Origin: a virus
Length of the DNA: 64,000 nt
Direction: 5' to 3' (one strand)
IMG/VR virus record: IMGVR_UViG_3300028423_000861
Location: 32,001-96,000 of that record
Of this stretch, positions 39,977 to 48,820 are shown one piece after another. The position numbers were made by a program, and so were the translations under genes. The first letter of the stretch is position 1, and each line of letters begins with the position of its first letter. The notes beneath the pieces are model-generated. The model was given only the letters and a program-made list of their open reading frames with translations. It was not told where the DNA came from and searched no databases.

Positions 39977-40234
39977 TTAGAGGTTAATTTGGAGATCCTT
40001 GGTAACTCCAGCACCGCCTTTGTAAAGTTCGCTACCATCCAGCAGAACACTATCACGCCGATGACCGCGGACTTCAATCGGTTGGTCCAGCATAACAGTT
40101 ACAGCAAGGTCGTTGCCGTAACGACTGCGAACTTCAGCAATGACACCGGTAAAGGGCGAATCCCAATAAGTGCCAACTACAGCTTTGCCAACACCGTTGC
40201 TGTAAAGCTTGCCCATAAAGTCGTTGAATTTCAT
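39977..40234 (-). CDS. Hypothetical early protein
   Basis: ORF in a promoter-bounded cassette. Confidence 0.6.
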   Translation of the reverse strand: MKFNDFMGKLYSNGVGKAVVGTYWDSPFTGVIAEVRSRYGNDLAVTVMLDQPIEVRGHRRDSVLLDGSELYKGGAGVTKDLQINL

Positions 40235-40246
40235 TGCGGAGTCTTT

Positions 40247-40450
40247 CTATTTGATTTCGCTTGCGTATCCCTTGAGGGTGGCACTGTTGGCAACCCAATC
40301 AGGAATATTGTCGTTTTTGAGGATGTATTGCTTGGCTCGCTCAACGCCTTGTTGGATAGCTTGGGCGCGGGTTTCAGCTTCGATGATGTATTGTTTGCCA
40401 CCAAAGTAGCCCGCACGCCATTCAACAAGAACGCTAAAACGTTTCATCAC
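40247..40450 (-). CDS. Hypothetical early protein
   Basis: Coupled ORF. Confidence 0.55.
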   Translation of the reverse strand: MMKRFSVLVEWRAGYFGGKQYIIEAETRAQAIQQGVERAKQYILKNDNIPDWVANSATLKGYASEIK

Positions 40451-40656
40451 GCAGTCTCCATCATTTTAGCGCGGACGAAGGCCATGATAGCTGCATCGCG
40501 GCTGTTAAAACCATCAAGCGGCTGGCGGTTATCGCCAAAGATAACAAACCAGGTCTTGTCGACCAGATTCTGGTCGATAATACCGCCATCATCGTTGGGA
40601 TTAACCAGCATCCCGTTTTCATTTTCTTTCCATTGGTTGTCAAGAAGGTCTTTCAT
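40447..40656 (-). CDS. Hypothetical early protein
   Basis: GGAG RBS; coupled ORF. Confidence 0.55.
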   Translation of the reverse strand: MKDLLDNQWKENENGMLVNPNDDGGIIDQNLVDKTWFVIFGDNRQPLDGFNSRDAAIMAFVRAKMMETA

Positions 40657-40829
40657 TATACTGTCTCCAGCCTTGCAGAGGTGATATGGCGAGCTTTCAT
40701 GCAGTATCCGTAGAAGAACCCTTTGGCAGCTTTTTCAGTCTCAAAGGATTTTTCCTTCTGGATACGACCATAAACTTTCCAAGTAACCTTAAACATAGTG
40801 GAATACCTCCAGTATAGGTGTTAAACGGC

Positions 40830-41054
40830 TCAGGCGCGGCGGAGCTCTTCCCAGTTATCAAGCATGTATTCGGCACTGACCTTTGCTTCACGCTTGGTGG
40901 GCAGGGGATCACTATGCAAGTCAAGTATACCAACAGCTGACGCAACCCACTCAGTGCCGTAACCATAGTCGGCGCTATATACTTCAACTTCATTGATACC
41001 ATCAGTAACAATGTAATATCCAGCACAGCTCTTGTGGGTTGCGAAACGTGTCAT
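40830..41054 (-). CDS. Hypothetical early protein
   Basis: First gene after a repeated promoter. Confidence 0.6.
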   Translation of the reverse strand: MTRFATHKSCAGYYIVTDGINEVEVYSADYGYGTEWVASAVGILDLHSDPLPTKREAKVSAEYMLDNWEELRRA

Positions 41055-41062
41055 TGTGGTCT

Positions 41063-41110
41063 TCCTTTGCTTACATGACCAATATAACCGAAGTGTCTTG
41101 GTCTGTCAAG
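41063..41110 (-). promoter_or_regulatory. Repeated early promoter plus RBS
   Basis: TTGACA GACCAAGACACTTCGGT TATATT GGTCATGTAAGCAAAGGA. Confidence 0.85.
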
Positions 41111-41114
41111 CACA

Positions 41115-41558
41115 TTATCGAATTTCTTCACGAATTTCCATAATTATCCTGCCGAGCCAATTTAAACCATTGCCATCTGTTGTAACTCCCCAGAAGCGAT
41201 CACCCCATGTATTTTCTTCAATTAGCTCTTGATCACCAGTGTCGATCAATCGTTGCTTGAGCTCCGGGTTATCCTGGCTATATTTAAATCTAGTCAAATC
41301 TTTCATGACCTCAATACGGATGTCTTCCCAGTCTGGACGCAAATCGACCATTTTCCCCACCCGCTTGATTTCAGCAGGTGTCCTCTCTAAAAACCATGTT
41401 AGGTTTTCAGAAGACAGAAGTCCTTGCAATGCCATGGGATACATTTTAGACGCCACGTATGCATGTTCGACAGTGGGCCAAACGATACCATAAGCGTCAA
41501 TTTTGGCTGGATAAAAATTCGAAAGCCAGCGATACTCGCCCTGAAATCCACTAATCAT
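41115..41558 (-). CDS. NADAR (YbiA-family) protein
   Basis: WLSNFYP...WPTVEHAY...LRPDWE...K...L..TG..ELIEENTWGDRFWG...GLNWLGRIIMEIR. Confidence 0.9.
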   Translation of the reverse strand: MISGFQGEYRWLSNFYPAKIDAYGIVWPTVEHAYVASKMYPMALQGLLSSENLTWFLERTPAEIKRVGKMVDLRPDWEDIRIEVMKDLTRFKYSQDNPELKQRLIDTGDQELIEENTWGDRFWGVTTDGNGLNWLGRIIMEIREEIR

Positions 41559-41779
41559 GCAGGTTCCTTGATAAATCCTTCGCCAATTGAACGAGTGTGT
41601 TTGCAACGGCCATGCATTTGCATCCCAACGCAATCACAGGTAAAGCCGCGGTTAGTAAATTCCACGGTGTAAACATTGTCTTTGCTTCCAGGAACAACCC
41701 ACTGTGTTCCTACAGCCCAGTGGTCATTGAAATTGATTTCCTCAGGAGTATAATAGCGAGGTCCAAATTTACGTGCCAT
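41555..41779 (-). CDS. SWIM zinc-finger protein
   Basis: YTV...FTCDC...RCKH. Confidence 0.75.
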   Translation of the reverse strand: MARKFGPRYYTPEEINFNDHWAVGTQWVVPGSKDNVYTVEFTNRGFTCDCVGMQMHGRCKHTRSIGEGFIKEPA

Positions 41780-41780
41780 G

Positions 41781-42443
41781 TTATACCTCTTGACTGTTGG
41801 TGTTATCGGCAGCCAATTCGTTCTGAATAATCTGTTGATGCATCCAGTGTTGGTTGGACTGAACGTGGTCAGCTCTTACGTATTTTGCAACATGTAACTC
41901 AAATTTGTCAATAGGAAATTCTCGTGTGGTTCTAACCACATAACCTTCCACGGGTTCTTCAGACTGTTCAATTTTGTCTATAACGCTTTTTGTGGTATGA
42001 AGTAGCCATGGACCGCGATATAGAACACGCGGTGTCGGATAATTAAATTGATCAAGTATTTCAACAGTTCGATCCCAGGAAAGACACATGTCGTCTTGGA
42101 ATACAGCAAACCCATAAAAATAGCTGAGCAAATTTTTGTAATGAATAGAATGCTGTGCAAACAAATTCTCGCCTACAATACGCATATTGTCAGGGAGGTT
42201 ATGTGCTTTGCTAGCCCAGTCGGCTTTTATCCATGTTCTGCTCTCATGATATTTGCTATCAGTGCTGCGAGCATGAGTATAACCATCAGGATACAGTGTG
42301 GTATTTTCGCCATCCATTTTTTCAGTGATAACAACTTCACCTATAAAAAGTTGGTGATAGACCTTCATGACACGATCATCATTGGTCAGACCCGGACTCC
42401 AATTCAAATGTGGAGTTCTTGGATATTTGTAACGATCAGTCAT
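41781..42443 (-). CDS. RNA ligase family nucleotidyltransferase
   Basis: KYPRTPHL, TEKMDGEN, GENLFAQHSIHY, EGYVVR, KYVR; start reassigned to MTDRYKY. Confidence 0.85.
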   Translation of the reverse strand: MTDRYKYPRTPHLNWSPGLTNDDRVMKVYHQLFIGEVVITEKMDGENTTLYPDGYTHARSTDSKYHESRTWIKADWASKAHNLPDNMRIVGENLFAQHSIHYKNLLSYFYGFAVFQDDMCLSWDRTVEILDQFNYPTPRVLYRGPWLLHTTKSVIDKIEQSEEPVEGYVVRTTREFPIDKFELHVAKYVRADHVQSNQHWMHQQIIQNELAADNTNSQEV

Positions 42444-42852
42444 AATTTTGAAACAATTCTTCATTGCGTGAAAGGTCACTCTGGACAAATCGAACAAACC
42501 CTTCATCTTCACCACCATCGCCTAGGAACCGCTGGTAAAGTTCCCATTGATAGTTTACCCAGAGCAAATAGTCTATCACTTTTGTGTCTTCTGTGGCTTC
42601 TCGTTCAAGAAAAATATCACGCAATATTGCACCTTGGGCTTCACACTCACGCTGATACATTTTTTGTAACTCTGTCTTTACTTTAAACCAACGTTCATGC
42701 AAAGGCTTCCCGCCACGATCAAGAGTGGGTTTGAAATATTTGCTATAACGATCACGATCTAACCAGAAGAGAGGCGTTGGCCGTCTCAAATTGAGAAAGG
42801 GGACAAATGGGAAATCCACTGGTTCTGTGTGTTCAAGATATCGTTTTTTCAT
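42436..42852 (-). CDS. Hypothetical protein
   Basis: 138 aa ORF. Confidence 0.55.
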   Translation of the reverse strand: MKKRYLEHTEPVDFPFVPFLNLRRPTPLFWLDRDRYSKYFKPTLDRGGKPLHERWFKVKTELQKMYQRECEAQGAILRDIFLEREATEDTKVIDYLLWVNYQWELYQRFLGDGGEDEGFVRFVQSDLSRNEELFQNYD

Positions 42853-42879
42853 ATGGCTATAATAGCAATACCCATAGAA

Positions 42880-42906
42880 AAAAGCAAGCCAAAAGGCTTG
42901 CTTTTT
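42880..42906 (-). terminator. Intrinsic terminator
   Basis: AAAAAGCAAGCC-AAAA-GGCTTGCTTTTT. Confidence 0.8.
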
Positions 42907-42932
42907 ATAATTATAGATTGATTGATCTATTT

Positions 42933-43553
42933 TTAGAACTGAAACTCGAGTTCGATATTTGCATAAGCATCATCATTTGCAGTGTCAAATGGCTTAACAA
43001 CGCTTGGACGAATTGCAAGATTGTCATTTAGTGACACATCAACACCCAATTCTCCGTATCCGCCTGTTGCGGTAAAATCTTCACTCGCATTCCACGAGTA
43101 GCCAACTTCACCGAACATGTCAAGTTGATCAGTTACCATGAACTCAAGACCAACACGTGGCGTGACAAATACATCGCCGTTACCAAAGTCGCTTGTGTCG
43201 GCAGTATATGCAACTTGTCCAGCAAGTTCAAGGGTAGCGCCTTCACGGGTTTCTGTGTAGATGTATTCTGCACCTAGTGTTCCGACACCCTGATCGTTTA
43301 CTTCAGTGTATTCACCAAAAACAAAAACTTCGCTTGTGCCTGCTCCGAGTTCGTATTCTAGAACATAAGCACCAGCACCAAGTGTCCAAACATCACCAAT
43401 GCCGTTAAAATCACTTCCTACATTTGTTGTAGCGGTGAATTCAAGAGTTCCGTCGGTGACGGTTGTAGTGAGACGATTTGTGTCAAAATCACCTGCTGAA
43501 GCGACAGATGATAGACCAAGAGCCATAGCGGCTGAAATAACAAGTGTTTTCAT
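42933..43553 (-). CDS. Outer-membrane beta-barrel protein
   Basis: Signal peptide (MKTLVISAAMALGLSSVASA), amphipathic strands, C-terminal IELEFQF. Confidence 0.75.
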   Translation of the reverse strand: MKTLVISAAMALGLSSVASAGDFDTNRLTTTVTDGTLEFTATTNVGSDFNGIGDVWTLGAGAYVLEYELGAGTSEVFVFGEYTEVNDQGVGTLGAEYIYTETREGATLELAGQVAYTADTSDFGNGDVFVTPRVGLEFMVTDQLDMFGEVGYSWNASEDFTATGGYGELGVDVSLNDNLAIRPSVVKPFDTANDDAYANIELEFQF

Positions 43554-43656
43554 AATAATTAATCCTTTTATTGTTATGTTTCAATAACTTACATTAGTTA
43601 TCACTTTTTGTCTATTATCTGATGACTTATCTTGGCAATGATTTCAAAATGTTGCT

Positions 43657-44331
43657 TTAGTGCAACAAATCAAAACGCCCCTTCATCACTTTGCTACATT
43701 TTGCAGATTTGCCAGTCTGGTGGTCTTTCACTTGGTCATCCTGAAAGCGATAGGTCCTTACCTTGTCTGCTCGCATACCGGTACCCGTTAATTCGCTACG
43801 TAGAGAGCTTGTCTCTGACAGAGATCGGGTTTCATAATAATCACGAACCCGACGTTCAAGTTCATTCCAAGCTTCCGTGTAACTCTGATTTCTTTTTCGG
43901 CACTGACTTGTCGTAACAATTCCAGTAGGTAAGTGTTTTATACGACATGAATTTTGATGGCGATTGCGGTGCTGGCCTCCTTTTCCTGTGCCACTAAACC
44001 ATTCAATGGTTACATCCTCCATCAAGACGTTCACGTCTTTCGCAGCTACCGTCGCACTGGGTAGAACCGCAACGGTGACAGTAGAGGTGTGAACTCTTCC
44101 TTTTCGTTCTGTTGGGGGTATTCGTTGAATACGGTGTCCGCCCGACTCCAACTTTAACTCTGCCTCCTCCGCATGAACTACAACCTTTGCTGTTCCATCT
44201 GACTGTTCTAGACTTTGCCACTTTCAACCTTGCTTTTCAAACCATTTGATATACGCATTCATGAGTTCACCCACGAAGATTTTTGCGTCATCACCGCCTT
44301 CACCGGCACGAATTTCTATTTGATATGGCAT
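43657..44331 (-). CDS. Class I peptide chain release factor, RF1-type (PxT), lacking domain 1, with in-frame TGA at codon 36 (44224-44226)
   Basis: MPYQIEIRAGEGGDDAKIF...WFEKQG*KWQ...ESGGHRIQRIPPTERKGRVHTS...GKGGQHRN...HLPTGI...KVRTY. Confidence 0.85.
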
Positions 44332-44402
44332 ATCTTTTCTCCTGGTTTGATACGTTGATATTTATCAGCTGAATAAATACATTACAATCCAAAGGACATT
44401 CT

Positions 44403-45638
44403 ATGAAAACATTTATCGTCAGAGTTGACAATCCCACCGTTCGTGACACACTTGCCAATCATGGACAAGTTGGTGATCCACAAACACTCAAAAAGATTAT
44501 TATTTTTAAAACTGATCTAACACAAGATGAGGTAGCTGATCTTCCTGGAGTATTGGAGGTTGAAGAAGAAAGTCTTGATACCCCTTTTGATATTGACGCT
44601 TATCCGTATCGAATGGATGGCGATACATCTGAAGAATCCGTTAAACAAGAACGAGAAGTTCAAGTGCAGAGTCGTCCAAGGAGTTGGTTCCTTCCCAGTG
44701 CAAGCAATACTCAGCCAGATTATACCTATACAAGAACTGGTCGTGGGATAGCAATTTATATCATGGATTCGGGCGTTCGCTTAGACCATCGAGACTTTAA
44801 TGGACGCCATATAGAAACTGTTTTTACATATGATGGTCGTGATTATGGTGGTGACGTTCGTGGCGCTGAACACGGAACCATGTGTGCTAGCTGTGCGGCA
44901 GGTAATATTTACGGTATCGCAAAAGAAGCTTCTATTTTTAATGCTCGTTATAATTGGACAAGTTCTGAAGGTATCAAAGCACTTGATACTATACTTGCGC
45001 ATCACCGCACTCATAACATGCCAAGTGTTCTTAGCATGAGCTTTAGCTCATCTAGTAACATTTATGATCAAGCTCTCACAGAATTAGCACATGATGGTGT
45101 TGTTCTTGTATCATCTGCAGGAAATTATGACGAGTCACGTCCGCGTTTCCCTGCTGTTCGTGATGATGTCATCGCTGTTGCAGCCTGTAACGAAAACTTG
45201 TATCCTAGTCGTTGGGGAGGCACTACTCCTGGAACAAACTATGGCAAAGAGGTTGATATTTGGGCTGGTGGCTCGGGTGGTCGTGCAGCAAGCATGGCAT
45301 CTACAACGTCTGAACAAAGTGCTGGGGGGACAAGTTCAGCTTGCCCATTGATTGCAGGCACCGTGGCACTCGTTCTTGAAGACAGTCCTAAACTCAAAAG
45401 CTACGCAGATGTTCTCAATGCAAAAGATATTTTGATTAAAAATTCACGCAAAGGTGTTATCAAATACAACGACGCAAAATATAATGAAACACCAAATCGT
45501 TACATTTATACTCTGATTGACGATGAAATGCCTGAACCATTACCAGTTCCAAAATCCAAGGGTGGAAATATGAAAAAAGCAGCCCTTGTTATCGGGGCTG
45601 CTCTAATACTTGGTATTGTGATATTTGGTATTTTGTAA
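44403..45638 (+). CDS. Subtilisin-like S8 serine protease with C-terminal membrane anchor
   Basis: IMDSGV, HGTMCA, SAGN, GTSSACP; propeptide-like N-terminus; C-terminal TM. Confidence 0.9.
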   Translation: MKTFIVRVDNPTVRDTLANHGQVGDPQTLKKIIIFKTDLTQDEVADLPGVLEVEEESLDTPFDIDAYPYRMDGDTSEESVKQEREVQVQSRPRSWFLPSASNTQPDYTYTRTGRGIAIYIMDSGVRLDHRDFNGRHIETVFTYDGRDYGGDVRGAEHGTMCASCAAGNIYGIAKEASIFNARYNWTSSEGIKALDTILAHHRTHNMPSVLSMSFSSSSNIYDQALTELAHDGVVLVSSAGNYDESRPRFPAVRDDVIAVAACNENLYPSRWGGTTPGTNYGKEVDIWAGGSGGRAASMASTTSEQSAGGTSSACPLIAGTVALVLEDSPKLKSYADVLNAKDILIKNSRKGVIKYNDAKYNETPNRYIYTLIDDEMPEPLPVPKSKGGNMKKAALVIGAALILGIVIFGIL

Positions 45639-46232
45639 TTATCCCCAACGCTCTTCTGGTGATGGCGGAGTTTTTCCTGTGAATGGATTAGGCTTCATGT
45701 AGTCATCACCAGGATCTGTTCCCATATTACCAATAGCATAGTCAGCCCAAATTTGGTCTAGATAATCGTGATAATCTTTTGCATCCAAATGCTTTTTTGC
45801 AGCGCGATCAAGCCAGTCGATTAGGTTATCCATTGGAACACCAATTTTACGAGCTCTTGGTGCTACGTAATCAAATGGGTCACCATCTGGAAAGGAATTA
45901 CTGACCCCGTCCTGAATCCATCTTGCTATTTTTTCTAGTGCTATATTCACTCTTTCGCGTTTTGCATCCTGACGACTTGTATCACGACGCTTGTTGACTT
46001 TCGCCTCAACGTCTTTCATGAAATCTTTACGAGCACGTTCACTACCGCGCATTTCAACTTGGTTACCGCCATGCTTTTTGATAGCTGCTGGAAGTTCACG
46101 TTTGGTAATTCCGTCCTTGTATTCACTATTAATTTTGTCAGCAACTTGTTGAACACGATCATCATATCCTTCAGTAATTGTATTTGCTTTTTCAATTGAT
46201 TCTAAAAGATTACGCATATATTCACTTGACAT
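45639..46232 (-). CDS. Hypothetical late protein
   Basis: MSSEYMRNLLESI...ITE N-terminus; ATAAATA upstream. Confidence 0.65.
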   Translation of the reverse strand: MSSEYMRNLLESIEKANTITEGYDDRVQQVADKINSEYKDGITKRELPAAIKKHGGNQVEMRGSERARKDFMKDVEAKVNKRRDTSRQDAKRERVNIALEKIARWIQDGVSNSFPDGDPFDYVAPRARKIGVPMDNLIDWLDRAAKKHLDAKDYHDYLDQIWADYAIGNMGTDPGDDYMKPNPFTGKTPPSPEERWG

Positions 46233-46272
46233 AGAGTTTCTCCATTTTCAATTATTTATGATTTAATTAGAG

Positions 46273-46300
46273 AAAAAGCGCCGTGTTTCCACGGCGCTTT
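46273..46300 (-). terminator. Intrinsic terminator
   Basis: AAAGCGCCGTG-TTTC-CACGGCGCTTT. Confidence 0.8.
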
Positions 46301-46314
46301 CTAGTGTCATTGTA

Positions 46315-46908
46315 TTACTTGTTATGTCCAGGGGCGCTGCCGCTTTTTCCACGATTGCCGCCCTTGTCATTTCCCTTGCCCTTGCCTTTGCCTCCGTGCG
46401 CAGCGGATCCTTTGCCGCTGTTGCTGTCTCCATTTGCAGTGCCGTCGGTTTGGCCTCCGCCATGGTTTTCGGCATTGTTATTTGGGCCACTGTTACCAGG
46501 ACTATCCTGGTTTCCATTGCCCCAACCGTTATTTCCTTTTGGCCCACGGTCCTTGGGAGGATCTTTCGGATCTGGGTCTTTCGGATCGGGATCTTTCGGA
46601 TCTGGGTCTTTCGGATCGGGATTATCAGGATAATCAGGATCGCCAGGACTAACCGGAGTATCCAGGACTCCATCGCCATCACTATCAATCACAACAGTCC
46701 TGGATTTCTTACAAGGACCGTCAGTATACCAATAAATTAGATCTGGATGAACTAGCCAGTGTTTGCAACGAACAGTCACAGGCCCATCTGCACCATACGG
46801 CACAACTACTGGATCTTCAAGAGCTGGATTAAAATTACCAGCTGTGGCACTGCCGGTCATTGCTACAGAAGCACCAACAAGTGCAGTAACATAAAGCATT
46901 TTACGCAT
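46315..46908 (-). CDS. Secreted low-complexity protein (PKDPD repeats, GNNGWGNG tail)
   Basis: Signal peptide, Pro/Asp linker, Gly/Asn-rich tail. Confidence 0.7.
   Translation of the reverse strand: MRKMLYVTALVGASVAMTGSATAGNFNPALEDPVVVPYGADGPVTVRCKHWLVHPDLIYWYTDGPCKKSRTVVIDSDGDGVLDTPVSPGDPDYPDNPDPKDPDPKDPDPKDPDPKDPPKDRGPKGNNGWGNGNQDSPGNSGPNNNAENHGGGQTDGTANGDSNSGKGSAAHGGKGKGKGNDKGGNRGKSGSAPGHNK
46561..46620. repeat. 15-bp tandem repeat x4 encoding PDPKD
   Basis: (atctttcggatctgg gtctttcggatcggg) x2. Confidence 0.9.
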
Positions 46909-46938
46909 GATATTTCCTTAAAGGTTAAAGTTTGTTTG

Positions 46939-47030
46939 TGGCGGACAGGGTGGGATTCGAACCCACGGTTGATGTCACCACCAACGCCGGTTTTCAAGAC
47001 CGGAGCATTCGACCGCTCTGCCACCTGTCC
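46939..47030 (-). tRNA. tRNA-Ser(UGA)
   Basis: CCGGT CT TGA AA ACCGG; long variable arm; GCCA. Confidence 0.95.
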
Positions 47031-47057
47031 AATTTACTATTTTAAGTATATACTGTT

Positions 47058-47786
47058 TTATTCTGGATTGTCAACCTGTTTTTTTAATTTTGTGTTGATT
47101 TCATCTTGATTTAGTCGATACAAATATGCACCACCATCTTCGTGATTCGACAAATCATCTAAAAACTCAGATTCACTTTCAAACCTGAATTTATTAAGGT
47201 CTTTTTCATCATCAAACACAACATATATTCTATCATCACTGTTGCTTGCGACTGTGTGATAAAATATCATTTTCCATTCATTTTCAAACAAGTAATCAAC
47301 CATGGCTATTGTCAGTTCAACGGTTGATTGGCTAATGTCATAAAGCGAGTCGCTAACAGAATAATTTGAGAAGAATGGAAGATGGAACGCTAGAAGACCA
47401 TCAATACTAATATCCTTACTAGATAATGCTAGATATGCACATGCGCTAATGCAAGCATCTCCAGCTCTAATTTTTATTGGTATTCCATATTTGCTAATTG
47501 ATTTGGCAGGGTCACGAATTTCTACCATATTTCCACCAGGAGATGCAAGTTCTATGTGATTTAAACTCTTATGATATTTTGTAATAAATGAATCCAACGC
47601 ATATCCAGACATATATCCAATTTGACCTGAATAGCGAATAAACGTTGTTTGGTCGTCGATTTGGTATACAACAATCTGATAGGAATTCGGCATAACAATT
47701 TGTTCGATTATTTCTGGTTCATTTGCTTTTGAAATGCCAGAAGCAAATAATAGAAACAACGTAATATAGATGATGTTAATTCGCAT
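47058..47786 (-). CDS. Exported ClpP/crotonase-fold protein
   Basis: Signal peptide; LASPGG...CISACAY...LAFH. Confidence 0.65.
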   Translation of the reverse strand: MRINIIYITLFLLFASGISKANEPEIIEQIVMPNSYQIVVYQIDDQTTFIRYSGQIGYMSGYALDSFITKYHKSLNHIELASPGGNMVEIRDPAKSISKYGIPIKIRAGDACISACAYLALSSKDISIDGLLAFHLPFFSNYSVSDSLYDISQSTVELTIAMVDYLFENEWKMIFYHTVASNSDDRIYVVFDDEKDLNKFRFESESEFLDDLSNHEDGGAYLYRLNQDEINTKLKKQVDNPE

Positions 47787-47821
47787 ACAACTATTTATAA
47801 TATCAAAATATGGGTTTTAAA

Positions 47822-48026
47822 TTCAGGCCTTCCACCTGATTGCCGGGTTTGGTGTGTATGCGCCCACACAGGTCTGATGCTGTTACCAGCTTGGTAGCCT
47901 AAAACCGGACTATTGCGTCAGAGTCTTGACCGCCCTCTAATAACTAGGAATTATGCACATGTGCGCCTAGCCGTTTCTAACAGGGTTGGCATTCGGGCTC
48001 TGAGGCTCAATGCAAATTTCAGAGTG
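47822..48026 (-). ncRNA. Unassigned structured intergenic RNA with a predicted pseudoknot
   Basis: Crossing stems 48019-48024/47998-48003 and 48009-48013/47989-47993, plus further hairpins. Confidence 0.4.
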
Positions 48027-48029
48027 TTA

Positions 48030-48524
48030 TTAATCCTGTTCTTCTTCACTAAAGTAACGTTCGTGGTCGATGGGTCCTACTTTGATCATTTCTTCTGATC
48101 CATGATCGTCTGGAAAATGATCTTCTTCGAATCCATCTGTCTTCCAGAACTTGGTGTCAAACTTGTCAGCAAGACTTTCAAACAGACCAAAGCTCGCCTC
48201 ATTGACTTCTTCAATTGTTGCCTGCACATAATGAGAGCCAGTATCTTCAATCAGATGATACAGCATTTTTTGTGCAAGCTTTTCCTTGCGGTATTCTGGC
48301 TGCACAGCAATCTGCCATACAAAGAGTGTATCTGGTGCTTTCTTGAATTCGAATCCAGTGACAAAGGCAACAATTTCACCACCATCTTCTACAACCATAC
48401 ACGTTTCCGAAAACAATTCAGCCATCATGAGATAGCTATAGCTTGAATTGAGATCAAGGCTGGTTTCTTTGGCGATGCGCCACATTTCACCAGCATCTTC
48501 AATAGTCGGATGTCTAAAATCCAT
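48030..48524 (-). CDS. ectA: L-2,4-diaminobutyrate acetyltransferase
   Basis: LDLNSSYSYL...FSETC...DTLFVWQIAV...TI...NEAS..LF...HFP..H..E...GP. Confidence 0.9.
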   Translation of the reverse strand: MDFRHPTIEDAGEMWRIAKETSLDLNSSYSYLMMAELFSETCMVVEDGGEIVAFVTGFEFKKAPDTLFVWQIAVQPEYRKEKLAQKMLYHLIEDTGSHYVQATIEEVNEASFGLFESLADKFDTKFWKTDGFEEDHFPDDHGSEEMIKVGPIDHERYFSEEEQD

Positions 48525-48820
48525 TAGTCTTCTATCTCCAAGTTTTCATGAAGTTTATCCATTACCTTTTGCCACCTTGTTCTTCGAGCGTGCTCGGTAA
48601 GATAGAACCGGTGACAAATTTCATAGACAACAGGGCCTTTAAAATCTTCGGGATTGTCAATATGCGCGCCAATAAAATTTTCATTACGCGGACAATATGT
48701 AGATTGGAACCATCTACAAATATAGCAGTTATCATATTCAGTTGGTTCAACAGTTGGAAAAGTTCTATTCACCAAAATCCAAACCTCGTTCTGTTTTTTC
48801 TCTGGTATCACTGGTTCCAT
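48524..48820 (-). CDS. Small Cys-rich hypothetical protein
   Basis: CYICRWFQSTYCP, similar to the upstream ORF. Confidence 0.55.
   Translation of the reverse strand: MEPVIPEKKQNEVWILVNRTFPTVEPTEYDNCYICRWFQSTYCPRNENFIGAHIDNPEDFKGPVVYEICHRFYLTEHARRTRWQKVMDKLHENLEIED

Noticed and set aside
39707-40684. 325-aa plus-strand ORF
   Set aside because: Antisense shadow of four minus-strand genes that have promoters and RBSs; no recognisable motifs.
42048-42686. 212-aa plus-strand ORF (similarly 55106..55696 and 25925..26455)
   Set aside because: Antisense to well-supported minus-strand genes.
46561-46620. CRISPR-like repeat
   Set aside because: Contiguous 15-bp coding repeat without spacers. No CRISPR array or cas gene was seen, and the dispersed 48-bp repeats are promoters.
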